Translations under genes and position numbers: made by a program
DNA from: Elusimicrobiota bacterium
Lineage (GTDB): Bacteria > Elusimicrobiota > UBA8919
Direction: 5' to 3'
Length of the DNA: 13,436 nucleotides
NCBI GenBank assembly: GCA_043816185.1
Contig: JBDRIG010000081.1
Span: forward strand, 1-13,436
Shown: positions 1-8,038 of the stretch, in pieces
Layout of the letters: each line of letters opens with the position of its first letter
How positions within the stretch are numbered: the stretch's first letter is position 1
The notes under the pieces: generated by a model
The model's input: only the letters and a program-made list of their open reading frames with translations
Database searches by the model: none
What the model was told of the DNA's origin: nothing

Positions 1-2
1 TT

Positions 3-154
3 ACACCTTTATTATTGGTGTCATTTACAAATTTATATTCGTTTATCTCCACCCGTTTAGCGGGAAGGAAGCGTGTCAAAAGATACTGATTTTTGACAAA
101 GGGGATGCTATTTTCTACTTGACATGCTTTTCCATAGATGATGAACAAAGGTGT
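3..154. repeat. Long imperfect inverted repeat (REP/MITE-like palindrome), possibly truncated by window edge
   Basis: Nested arms: ACACCTTT 3-10 / AAAGGTGT 147-154; AAGCGTGTCAA 69-79 / TTGACATGCTT 119-129 (one G-T); internal hairpin CCCG-TTTAG-CGGG 52-64; no ORF. Confidence 0.55.
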
Positions 155-189
155 TCACAACAACGACTAAGTCCGTAGTTGCAACAAGG

Positions 190-277
190 TGTCATTGCAG
201 GCGAAGCGAAACAATCTCGAAAACATTTCTCGTCGGAAAGAGATTTCAGCGGCTTTCTTCGAAAGCCTCGCAATAAT
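190..277. repeat. REP-like palindromic element of the GTCATTGCGAG-GCGAAGCAATCTC...GAGATT-TCGCAATGAC type (decayed)
   Basis: TGTCATTGCAGGCGAAGCGAAACAATCTC ... GAGATTTCAGC GGCTTTCTTCGAAAGCC TCGCAATAAT; arms ATTGC/GCAAT and AATCTC/GAGATT, side hairpin 251-267. Confidence 0.65.
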
Positions 278-322
278 CAAAAGTAGAGTTATGACATAGT
301 CTGTTTGTTGGGTGATTATTCT

Positions 323-643
323 TCATGCTGTTTCCAATCTCGGGATGTTTATTCTCAGTTTTTGCGAAATCTCATCCAGATTCCCTGATTCAACGGACTT
401 GGCTTTGAAACCAGAACCAATCAGGTCTTTGATGTACAACTTATTATAAATGAACATAAATACTAAACTACTTAACCCAGAAGTAATCAATGCCAACAGC
501 AACATAACGATTCCCCATTTCCAATCTCCTCTGAAAAACGGAGGGAAAAACACAAAGAAAGACACTGTCCAAGAAAATCCAACCGGCGCTTTTTTGATAT
601 GTCCAGTGTTAGGATTTTCAAATACTACTTTTGTGTATGCCAT
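323..643 (-). CDS. Small membrane protein, HrgC/DUF2628-like
   Basis: 106 aa; APVGFSWT..FF..FPPFFRGDW and YNKLY motifs, hydrophobic central segments. Confidence 0.7.
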   Translation of the reverse strand: MAYTKVVFENPNTGHIKKAPVGFSWTVSFFVFFPPFFRGDWKWGIVMLLLALITSGLSSLVFMFIYNKLYIKDLIGSGFKAKSVESGNLDEISQKLRINIPRLETA

Positions 644-654
644 TATATTCTGGT

Positions 655-700
655 ATAATAAAAAGAGTGGGGATTTTTATTAATAATGCTCGCTCTTTTG
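655..700 (-). terminator. Possible intrinsic terminator / inverted repeat downstream of ackA
   Basis: Minus strand AAAAGAGCG...CACTCTTTT followed by TTATT; large loop, so weak. Confidence 0.3.
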
Positions 701-786
701 TATATACTGCCCCCTTTTGTGATATAATTGCTGACTAACGATATTACAAGTTCAATGTGTTAGTGCAACACCGCTGACGCTGGATT

Positions 787-810
787 GAAAATCTGCTATA
801 GTAGGCAGAT
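787..810 (-). terminator. Hairpin ~40 nt after ackA stop, putative terminator
   Basis: Minus strand ATCTGC-CTACTATA-GCAGAT followed by TTTC. Confidence 0.4.
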
Positions 811-852
811 ATGAAAAAAACATATAAACATTTAACAAAAGCAGAGCGTAAA

Positions 853-2157
853 TCAAGTGGCAAGATCAAGAAGTTTTTTTGTTTCTTTTGCTATTATAAT
901 TGTCTCATTGGTTGGAATTACATAAATTTTTATTTTTGATTTTTCATTAGATATATCTAACTCGCAATCAACACATTTTGAGTTTTTTTCTTCATCAATA
1001 ATTATTCCAAGTGCTTCTAATCCTGATAAAATCTTTCTACGTATTATTGGCGATCTTTCACCAATTGCTGCTGAAAAGATAATATAATCACATCCATTGA
1101 GAACGCCGATATAAGATGAAATATATTTTTTTACTCTATAGCAAAACATTTCAATTGCAAGTGTTGCTTGCTTGTCCGCTTCCTCCGATTTTTTTATAAT
1201 TGCCCTCATATCGCTACTTATTTGTGATATTCCTAAAAGTCCGCTTTGTCTGTTCAATATTGTTTGTATATCACCAATCTTCATCGATTCTTTTGACACA
1301 AGATAAAGAGGAATAGATGCATCTATATCGCCGCATCTTGAACCCATCATAAGCCCTTCGAGAGGCGTAAACCCCATTGATGTCTCAATTGATTTGCCAT
1401 ACTTTACAGCAGTTATGCTTGCACCGTTTCCAAGATGACAGTTGATGGTTTTAAGTTTTTCTGTTGGTATTTTTGTAATTTCAGAAAGTCGCTCGGCTAT
1501 ATATTGGTTAGAAATACCGTGAAAACCATATTTTCTAATACCAAATTGTTGATAAAATCTATACGGGAGTGCATATAGGTAGGCAAACTCTGGAATTGTT
1601 TGATGGAACGCTGTGTCAAAAACTGCCACCTGCTTAACACGAGGGAGAAGTTTCTTGATCGCCAAAATTCCTTTTACATTATGAGGATTGTGAAGAGGTG
1701 CAATATCGTAACATTTTTCAAGATTTTCTATTACCGATTGGTCAATAATTACTGGTTTTGTAAAATATTCACCACCATGAACTATACGATGCCCAACTGC
1801 TGAAATTTCAAACACATTTTTGATAATTCTGTTTTCAGGTAAAATAAGAATCTTTAGTATTTCGCTAATTGCTTCTGTATGGTCTGTGGCATCTATCGGT
1901 TTTTTTATGTTATTAAAAAAACTATCACTATCAAAGACCTTGTTTTCTATAACATCATTTTTATCAGGTGCTAAATTGTTTTCTCCGACAGAATTGTTTT
2001 TCTGCTGGTAATTTTTCTGCCAATGATAAAGCATTGAAGATTGTGCTCCAATTGCTTCAATCTGTCCTTTAGCAAGAGTAGAATATCCTTCCTTGTCAAT
2101 ATTGCATAATTCATATTTTACTGACGAAGACCCACTGTTTAATACTAGAATTTTCAC
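853..2157 (-). CDS. ackA: Acetate kinase (divergent, with N-terminal insertion)
   Basis: MKILVLNSGSSSVKY, GHRIVHGG, APLHNP, FDTAFH, CHLGNGAS, SMGFTPLEG..MGSRCG, VIPTNE motifs; GTG start preceded by CAGGTG SD-like sequence. Confidence 0.95.
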   Translation of the reverse strand: MKILVLNSGSSSVKYELCNIDKEGYSTLAKGQIEAIGAQSSMLYHWQKNYQQKNNSVGENNLAPDKNDVIENKVFDSDSFFNNIKKPIDATDHTEAISEILKILILPENRIIKNVFEISAVGHRIVHGGEYFTKPVIIDQSVIENLEKCYDIAPLHNPHNVKGILAIKKLLPRVKQVAVFDTAFHQTIPEFAYLYALPYRFYQQFGIRKYGFHGISNQYIAERLSEITKIPTEKLKTINCHLGNGASITAVKYGKSIETSMGFTPLEGLMMGSRCGDIDASIPLYLVSKESMKIGDIQTILNRQSGLLGISQISSDMRAIIKKSEEADKQATLAIEMFCYRVKKYISSYIGVLNGCDYIIFSAAIGERSPIIRRKILSGLEALGIIIDEEKNSKCVDCELDISNEKSKIKIYVIPTNETIIIAKETKKLLDLAT

Positions 2158-2333
2158 CCAATCACCTGCTTAAAGCCCAAAGGACTTTGGTTTTTTGTTA
2201 AAGCACATTTTTTAAATAAAAATTTCATTTTAAATTGTATTTTAGCGTTCTTATGTAGTTTTATTTGTATATATTCTGTGTTTTATATATACCGTCACAG
2301 AACATATCATTAGCCAACAATCAGGCGGTGGAA

Positions 2334-2783
2334 TTATTTTTGCAACTCTCGCCAATCGCCGTCATCAAAACTGTAAACTTCTGATTTGTTAAAGAAATAA
2401 CTTATTTCAAGTTCGGAGGTTTCTGGTGAGTCGGATGCGTGGATTATATTTCTTCTATCATTTAGACCATATAGATTTCTAATGGTTCCTGCTTGTGCTT
2501 TTTTTGAGTCGGTATTACCTATTATCTTTCTAACATCACTTATTGCGTTTTTTCCTTCTAATATGCATAGAACGACTGGTGCAGATAACATAAATTCTTT
2601 GTACGGTTCCCAAAAAAATTTTTCCCTGTGCGATGTATAAAATTCATTATACATTTTTTCTGTAAATTTTAGCATTTTTAATGCAACCGCCTTAAATCCT
2701 GCTTCTTCAAATTTTGAGAGTATTCTCCCTACCAATTTTTTGCATACTCCGTCGGGTTTTATAATAACGAGTGTTTTTTCCAT
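2334..2783 (-). CDS. ndk: Nucleoside-diphosphate kinase
   Basis: EKTLVIIKPDG, GTIR and RNIIHASDS (phospho-His) motifs; 149 aa. Confidence 0.97.
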   Translation of the reverse strand: MEKTLVIIKPDGVCKKLVGRILSKFEEAGFKAVALKMLKFTEKMYNEFYTSHREKFFWEPYKEFMLSAPVVLCILEGKNAISDVRKIIGNTDSKKAQAGTIRNLYGLNDRRNIIHASDSPETSELEISYFFNKSEVYSFDDGDWRELQK

Positions 2784-2794
2784 ATATCAATATA

Positions 2795-3850
2795 TCAACT
2801 GCATTTCAATTTTTTTATTATCTCGTCAGCCATTTCGGAAGTTTTCGCAAACCCTCCTAAATCGTAAGTTACAACTTTCCTTTCTGCAATTACTTTTTTA
2901 ACAGCATTTTCTAATTTTTCCGCTGCCTTTTCTTCGCCAATATATTGAAGCATTAAAGCACCAGATAAAATCATCGCTGTTGGATTAACTTTATTTAAAC
3001 CTTTATACTTTGGTGCAGAACCATGAACGGGCTCAAAAAGTGCAATACCCTCTCCAATATTTGCACCTGGAGCAATTCCTAACCCACCAATAAGTCCCGC
3101 ACACAAATCTGAAATAATATCGCCATAAAGATTGGGGAGAACGAGCACGTCGTAGAGTTGTGGCTTTTGCACTAATTGCATACACATATTGTCCACAAGT
3201 CGTTCCTCGTATTTAATATCGGTGTATCTTTTTGCAACTTCGCTGGCGACACTCAGAAAAAGACCGTCGGTAAATTTCATTATATTTGCTTTTGTAACAA
3301 CCGTAACTTTTTTTCTTTTGTTTTTCACAGCATATTCAAACGCAAATTTTACAATTCTTTCAGACGCAAATTTGGAAATTGGTTTTATACTTATAGCAGA
3401 ATTATCTCTGATTTTTCCAGACGATAGTTCGATTATTTTTTTTGATTCTTCAGAGCATGGCGGAAACTCAACCCCCGCATATAAATCCTCAGTATTTTCC
3501 CTTACAACTACAAGATCTATATTTTCATATTTTGATTTTACGCCTTTATACGATTTGCAAGGACGTAGACAAGCATACAAATCAAGCTCTTTCCTTAACG
3601 CAACATTTATAGAACGAAAACCACTACCAATTGGTGTTGTAATGGGTCCTTTTATCGCAACCTTATTTTTTCTTATCGACGCAAGAACATTTTCTGGAAG
3701 AGGTGTACCATATTTTTCTATGATATCACTTCCAGCAAAAACAGTTTCCCAATCAATTTTTACGCCCGTTGCATCGAGGACCTTTTTTGTTTCCTCTGCA
3801 ATTTCCGGTCCAGTTCCATCGCCAGGTATGATAGTAATTTTATAACTCAT
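2795..3850 (-). CDS. icd: Isocitrate dehydrogenase (isocitrate/isopropylmalate dehydrogenase family); HGSAPKY suggests NADP preference
   Basis: [19 protein letters not shown] (isocitrate S-x-N-x-x-x-R motif), [39 protein letters not shown]. Confidence 0.85.
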   Translation of the reverse strand: MSYKITIIPGDGTGPEIAEETKKVLDATGVKIDWETVFAGSDIIEKYGTPLPENVLASIRKNKVAIKGPITTPIGSGFRSINVALRKELDLYACLRPCKSYKGVKSKYENIDLVVVRENTEDLYAGVEFPPCSEESKKIIELSSGKIRDNSAISIKPISKFASERIVKFAFEYAVKNKRKKVTVVTKANIMKFTDGLFLSVASEVAKRYTDIKYEERLVDNMCMQLVQKPQLYDVLVLPNLYGDIISDLCAGLIGGLGIAPGANIGEGIALFEPVHGSAPKYKGLNKVNPTAMILSGALMLQYIGEEKAAEKLENAVKKVIAERKVVTYDLGGFAKTSEMADEIIKKLKCS

Positions 3851-3869
3851 AAATTTTAGTTGTGCATAC

Positions 3870-5585
3870 TTAAAGGTGTGAAAAAATTTGCAATAACTCC
3901 TTTATATCCATTGTGGTTGTTTCTTTTTCTCCATATAATCTTACGGCAACTTTGTTTGACGATTGTTCTTTTTCCCCCAAAATTAAAAGGTACGGGACTT
4001 TTTCCATCTGTGCTTCGCGGATTTTGTAATTTAATTTTTCATTTCTTGCATCAATTTCAATCCGCAAATTTCCAAGTCCATTTTTTACTTTTTTTGCATA
4101 TTCAATTTGTGCATCCGCTATCGGTAAAATTTTTATCTGAACAGGTGCCAACCAGAAAGGGAACGCTCCGCCATAATGTTCAATCAAAACACCGAAAAAT
4201 CTTTCTAATGAACCAAAAATCGCACGGTGAACCATAATTACTTTTTCGTCTTTACCTTCGGAATTTCGAAATGTAATACCAAACCTTTCTGGAAGATTAA
4301 AATCAAACTGAATTGTAGAACACTGCCAACTTCTGCCTAAAACATCTTTTACTTTTAGGTCGATTTTTGGTCCGTAAAATGCGCCACCACCTTCATCAAT
4401 CTCGTATTTGTAACCAGTTTTTTCAAGTGTTTCTTTAAGAGATGTTGTGGCTAAATCCCATTTCTCAATTTCTCCAACATACTTTTCTGGACGGGTTGCA
4501 AGAAAAATTTCAAACTCTGAAAATCCAAATTTTTTCAGAAAATTTATTGTAAAATTAAAAATGGAAACTATTTCATCCTTAACCTGTTCTTTGGTACAAA
4601 AAATATGTGCATCGTCAATAGTAAATCCGCGAACCCTCATGAGTCCGTGCAGAACACCCGACAATTCGTGGCGATAAACAGCACCCATTTCAGCAAAACG
4701 GATGGGAAGTTCCTTGTAAGAATGAAGTTTTGTTTTGAAAATCAGAATATGCCCAGGGCAGTTCATTGGCTTAACCCTGAAAGGCTTTCCGTCAATATCC
4801 ATTGGTGAATAAATCATATCGGAATATTTTTCAAGATGACCACTGATTTTGTAAATTTCTTCGCTCGCTATGTGAGGTGTGTAAACAATTTGATAATCGT
4901 TTTTTGAGTGCTCTTTTTTCCAAAAATCCTCAAGTATCTGACGAACAATTGCACCTTTCGGATGCCAGTGAACTAAACCAGCACCGATTTCTTCGTGCAT
5001 AGAAAATAAATCCAACGATTTTCCAAGCACACGATGATCTCTTTTTTTTGCTTCTTCAAGTTTTTTTAGATACTGTGTGAGTTCTTCTTCTGCCGAAAAA
5101 ACGGTTCCATAAATTCTCTGAAGCATTTTGTTTTTTTCATTGCCACGCCAATACGCGCCAGCAATCGACAAAAGTTTGAAATGCTTTATTTCCTTCGTAT
5201 TTTCAAGATGTGGACCACGACATAAATCGATAAAAGTACTCTGTTGATAAAACGAAACATTTTCGTCCGTTATATCATTTATCAATTCAATTTTGTACGG
5301 CTCATTTTTTTTTCTGAAAAATTCAATCGCATCTTTTTTGGATATCTCTGTCTTAATAAATTTATGATTACCTGCAACGATTTCTTTCATCCTGTTTTCT
5401 ATTTTTTCGAGGTCTTCTGGGGTAAATGGTTTAGAAGTGTCGAAGTCATAATAAAAACCATCTTCTATGGTAGGACCTATTGCAAGTTTTACGTCAACAA
5501 AAAGTTCACAAACTGCCTGTGCCATTATGTGGCTGGTTGAATGACGGAGTATTTCAAAATCAATATTTGCATTTTTATCGCTCAC
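3870..5585 (-). CDS. thrS: Threonine--tRNA ligase (short form lacking N-terminal TGS domain)
   Basis: RHSTSH and DLCRGPH editing motifs, [46 protein letters not shown] start with AAGGAG SD. Confidence 0.97.
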   Translation of the reverse strand: MSDKNANIDFEILRHSTSHIMAQAVCELFVDVKLAIGPTIEDGFYYDFDTSKPFTPEDLEKIENRMKEIVAGNHKFIKTEISKKDAIEFFRKKNEPYKIELINDITDENVSFYQQSTFIDLCRGPHLENTKEIKHFKLLSIAGAYWRGNEKNKMLQRIYGTVFSAEEELTQYLKKLEEAKKRDHRVLGKSLDLFSMHEEIGAGLVHWHPKGAIVRQILEDFWKKEHSKNDYQIVYTPHIASEEIYKISGHLEKYSDMIYSPMDIDGKPFRVKPMNCPGHILIFKTKLHSYKELPIRFAEMGAVYRHELSGVLHGLMRVRGFTIDDAHIFCTKEQVKDEIVSIFNFTINFLKKFGFSEFEIFLATRPEKYVGEIEKWDLATTSLKETLEKTGYKYEIDEGGGAFYGPKIDLKVKDVLGRSWQCSTIQFDFNLPERFGITFRNSEGKDEKVIMVHRAIFGSLERFFGVLIEHYGGAFPFWLAPVQIKILPIADAQIEYAKKVKNGLGNLRIEIDARNEKLNYKIREAQMEKVPYLLILGEKEQSSNKVAVRLYGEKETTTMDIKELLQIFSHL

Positions 5586-5650
5586 TATTTTCTACTCCTT
5601 ATTTAATTATTCAATTGGCAGAAAACGAAAAATAATTCTTTTGTATTTTT

Positions 5651-5736
5651 TATGATTTATGGTTTGCGATTAACGATTTAGGGCTTACGCTTTATAATTC
5701 GCGGTTCACGATTTACACGTTTAGGACTTATGATTT
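5651..5736. repeat. Degenerate heptamer tandem repeat, consensus TAYGATT, ~12 units
   Basis: tatgatt tatggtt tgcgatt aacgatt tagggct tacgctt tataatt cgcggtt cacgatt tacacgt(t) taggact tatgatt. Confidence 0.7.
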
Positions 5737-5754
5737 CCTCGTCCGAGCTTTACT

Positions 5755-5828
5755 TGGGCGGTACAGGATTCGAACCTGTGACCCCTTGCGTGTCGAGCAA
5801 GTACTCTAACCAACTGAGCTAACCGCCC
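5755..5828 (-). tRNA. tRNA-Val(GAC)
   Basis: GGGCGGTTAGCTCAGTTGGTTAGAGTA CTTGC-TCGACAC-GCAAG GGGTC ACAGGTTCGAATCCTGT ACCGCCCA; full cloverleaf; CCA not encoded. Confidence 0.95.
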
Positions 5829-5900
5829 ATCAATATCAATCGATGACTGAGGATTGAGAATTAGAAATTTGTTTTGTCTCTCGGTTCTCTATTTTTAATA

Positions 5901-5972
5901 AGCGGGAGACGGGGCTCGAACCCGCGACCTTCTCGTTGGCAACGAGACATTCTACCACTGAACTACTCCCGC
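5901..5972 (-). tRNA. tRNA-Gly(GCC)
   Basis: GCGGGAGTAGTTCAGTGGTAGAATG TCTCG-TTGCCAA-CGAGA AGGTC GCGGGTTCGAGCCCCGT CTCCCGCT; U73 discriminator; CCA not encoded. Confidence 0.97.
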
Positions 5973-6047
5973 ATTTACGACGAGATTGAATATCCAAAGT
6001 TAAAAATCGGTGCTAAATATTTTAATTTTCTTATTTTTAATTCTCTG

Positions 6048-6152
6048 TCTTTCTTGCTGGGGACGAGACTTTTCTTGATAGAGACGAAACTTTTCCTGCT
6101 GGGGATGAGACTTTTCTTGATAGAGACGAAACTTTTCCTGCTGGGAGCGGGA
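6048..6152. repeat. Tandem repeat, five 21-bp units with 42-bp higher-order period, overlapping the tRNA-Leu 3' end
   Basis: Units at 6048, 6069, 6090, 6111, 6132; 6069-6089 and 6111-6131 are identical (cttttcttgatagagacgaaa). Confidence 0.9.
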
Positions 6153-6220
6153 CTTGAACCCGCATTCCTTACGGAACACGCCCCTCAAACGTGCGCGTAT
6201 GCCAATTCCGCCACCCCAGC
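6139..6220 (-). tRNA. tRNA-Leu(GAG)
   Basis: GCTGGGGTGGCGGAATTGGCATACGCG CACGT-TTGAGGG-GCGTG TTCCGTAAGGAAT GCGGGTTCAAGTCCCGC TCCCAGCA; long variable arm; typical position downstream of secG. Confidence 0.96.
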
Positions 6221-6315
6221 ATAAAAAAATCAATCCACAAGTTGAGAATTGAAATTTAAGAATTATAAGAGGCAATCGAGGGTTGAAGATTAAGAGATTG
6301 TCTGTTCTCACATTC

Positions 6316-6347
6316 TTGCTTTATTAAGTAGACCTGTGATAAAGCAA
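6316..6347. repeat. Inverted repeat between secG and tRNA-Leu
   Basis: TTGCTTTAT 6316-6324 / ATAAAGCAA 6339-6347; a second IR AAAGATTT/AAATCTTT at 6358-6383. Confidence 0.45.
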
Positions 6348-6396
6348 AACAGTGGAGAAAGATTTAATAAATCAAAAATCTTTAATTCTTACATCA

Positions 6397-6687
6397 CTAT
6401 TGCGGTTGTGTTTGTACAGGTGTCATCGGAATTCTTTCAACCAAAGACCTCATTTTTAATCTCGAACCGAATGCTGTCAAAAGTAACGATGTTACCATAA
6501 AAACAATGGCCATTGTTGTTGTAGCTTTTTTTATGATGATAGGTGTAGTGTTGCCACCAAACACGGCTTCGTTCCCACCTCCACCAAAAAGCCCTGAAAA
6601 ACCAGCATTCTTTCCAACCTGCAAAAGTACAACCAAAATTAAACCACAACTTACGATAATGTGAATAATCAAAATAAATCCATACAT
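6397..6687 (-). CDS. secG: Preprotein translocase subunit SecG
   Basis: Likely start is the internal ATG (MYGFILIIHIIV..LILVVLLQ.GK.AG.SG.FGGG); two TM segments; precedes tRNA-Leu. Confidence 0.93.
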   Translation of the reverse strand: MYGFILIIHIIVSCGLILVVLLQVGKNAGFSGLFGGGGNEAVFGGNTTPIIIKKATTTMAIVFMVTSLLLTAFGSRLKMRSLVERIPMTPVQTQPQ

Positions 6688-6699
6688 AATAAAATCAGT

Positions 6700-6780
6700 G
6701 GATAGAGGATGAATTATGAATAATGAATTATTCATAATTCGTTTCTTTCATTTATTCTTCGCCTTTTTTGTCCTCTATCC
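6700..6780. repeat. Nested inverted repeats between apgM and secG
   Basis: Perfect 14-bp IR GAATTATGAATAAT 6711-6724 / ATTATTCATAATTC 6727-6740; outer perfect 10-bp IR GGATAGAGGA 6700-6709 / TCCTCTATCC 6771-6780. Confidence 0.75.
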
Positions 6781-6796
6781 CTATCCTCCACCCCCT

Positions 6797-8029
6797 CTAT
6801 GCTCCGTATTTTAGTAATTTACCTGCATTTGAAAGTGCTAATGATATAACATCACGCGCATTTATCCGACCCAAACCACCAGCAATACAATCAATTTCCG
6901 TGAACCTTTCAACCTTATCAAATCTACATTTTTTTGAATAAATCAGAACTGGAACAGGATGCCACGAGTGTCCAGAATGTACCGCAGGCGTTGAATGATC
7001 ACCTGTGATTATTATAACATCAGAATTCAGATTTGTCAACAATGGAATTAAGGTGTCAACCTGCTCGATTACCTTTACTTTTCTCTGAAAATCTCCATCT
7101 TCACCAGAAGAATCTGTCTGTTTTATATGAAAATAAAAAAAATCATAATTGGAAAAATTCGTTTTCAATGTTTCAAATTCCGACTCAATCGTGCCACCAG
7201 CATTTAGGACTTCCATTCCACAAAGCCGAGCAAGCCCTCTATACATCGGATAGATTGCTATGCATGCAGGCGTAAGTTTGTAGACATCTTGAAATTTTGG
7301 AAGATTTACCATTTTTGAAAACCCTCGTAATAAAATCATATTTGCTTTATGTTCATTTTTACTGTCTATCACTTCGCTTTGGCAGGTGGAAAGAATCTGT
7401 TCAGCTTTTTTTATAAATTTATTAGCAATTTTTGCAGAATTTTCGGCCGACTTATCTGTTGTCACCACTTCAAGTGGTTTTAGACCTTCTTTTTGCGGGT
7501 CACTGTCTAAAAGTTTATCGGAAAGGTTTTGTCCTCTGAAAATCACTGAAAACCTGTGCTCTTTTACTGGCATTACAAAAATTTTTACACCGTCAATTTC
7601 CATACCGTCAAGTTTTTTACACAATGCAATATTTTTTTCTGTTGGAATTCGCCCTGCCCTTCTATCGGTAATTACTCCACTATCATCGACTGTACAAAAA
7701 TTTCCTCGCGCCGCTAAATCACCAGATATGAACTCAAAATCAATTCCAAGCGTGTCCAAAAGTCCACGACCAATTTCGTATTTTAATGGATCATACCCGA
7801 AAAGCGAGAGGTGTGCTGGGCCGCTTCCAGGGGTAATGCCTGCTGAAATCGGATCGGATAATCCACAAATGGATTTTTTTGCAAGTGCATCCATATTCGG
7901 ATGGTTCGCCATTTCAAGTTCCGTTTTACCAGATTCATTCTGACAACCACCAAGCCCATCCATTACGATTAAAACTATTTTGCTGTCCGTTTTCGTCGCC
8001 AACTTTTTTATAAATTCTTGTTCAATCAT
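6797..8029 (-). CDS. apgM: 2,3-bisphosphoglycerate-independent phosphoglycerate mutase, ApgM type
   Basis: LIVMDGLGG, TELEMA..PNMD, TPGSGPAHLSLFGYDP, AARGNF, DRRAGRI, TGDHSTP, HSWHPVP motifs. Confidence 0.95.
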   Translation of the reverse strand: MIEQEFIKKLATKTDSKIVLIVMDGLGGCQNESGKTELEMANHPNMDALAKKSICGLSDPISAGITPGSGPAHLSLFGYDPLKYEIGRGLLDTLGIDFEFISGDLAARGNFCTVDDSGVITDRRAGRIPTEKNIALCKKLDGMEIDGVKIFVMPVKEHRFSVIFRGQNLSDKLLDSDPQKEGLKPLEVVTTDKSAENSAKIANKFIKKAEQILSTCQSEVIDSKNEHKANMILLRGFSKMVNLPKFQDVYKLTPACIAIYPMYRGLARLCGMEVLNAGGTIESEFETLKTNFSNYDFFYFHIKQTDSSGEDGDFQRKVKVIEQVDTLIPLLTNLNSDVIIITGDHSTPAVHSGHSWHPVPVLIYSKKCRFDKVERFTEIDCIAGGLGRINARDVISLALSNAGKLLKYGA

Positions 8030-8038
8030 AATATTTCC

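Noticed and set aside
3870..5585. ThrS lacking the TGS domain as a novelty or truncation
   Set aside because: Short ThrRS forms are common; a good SD and intact editing and catalytic motifs are present.
5586..5754. T-box riboswitch upstream of thrS
   Set aside because: No T-box consensus (UGGNACC) antiterminator bulge seen; the leader is short and filled by heptamer repeats.
6048..6152. Mini CRISPR array
   Set aside because: Intervening units are identical or near-identical rather than unique spacers, the period is only 21/42 bp, the unit derives from the tRNA, and no cas genes are present.
5874..6311. ORFs 5874..6224(+) and 6000..6311(-)
   Set aside because: They overlap tRNA genes; open frames arise from the 21-bp repeat and GC-rich tRNA sequence.
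6688..6735. 16-aa N-terminal extension of SecG
   Set aside because: It translates the palindrome/heptamer tract; SecG-like sequence starts at ATG 6687.
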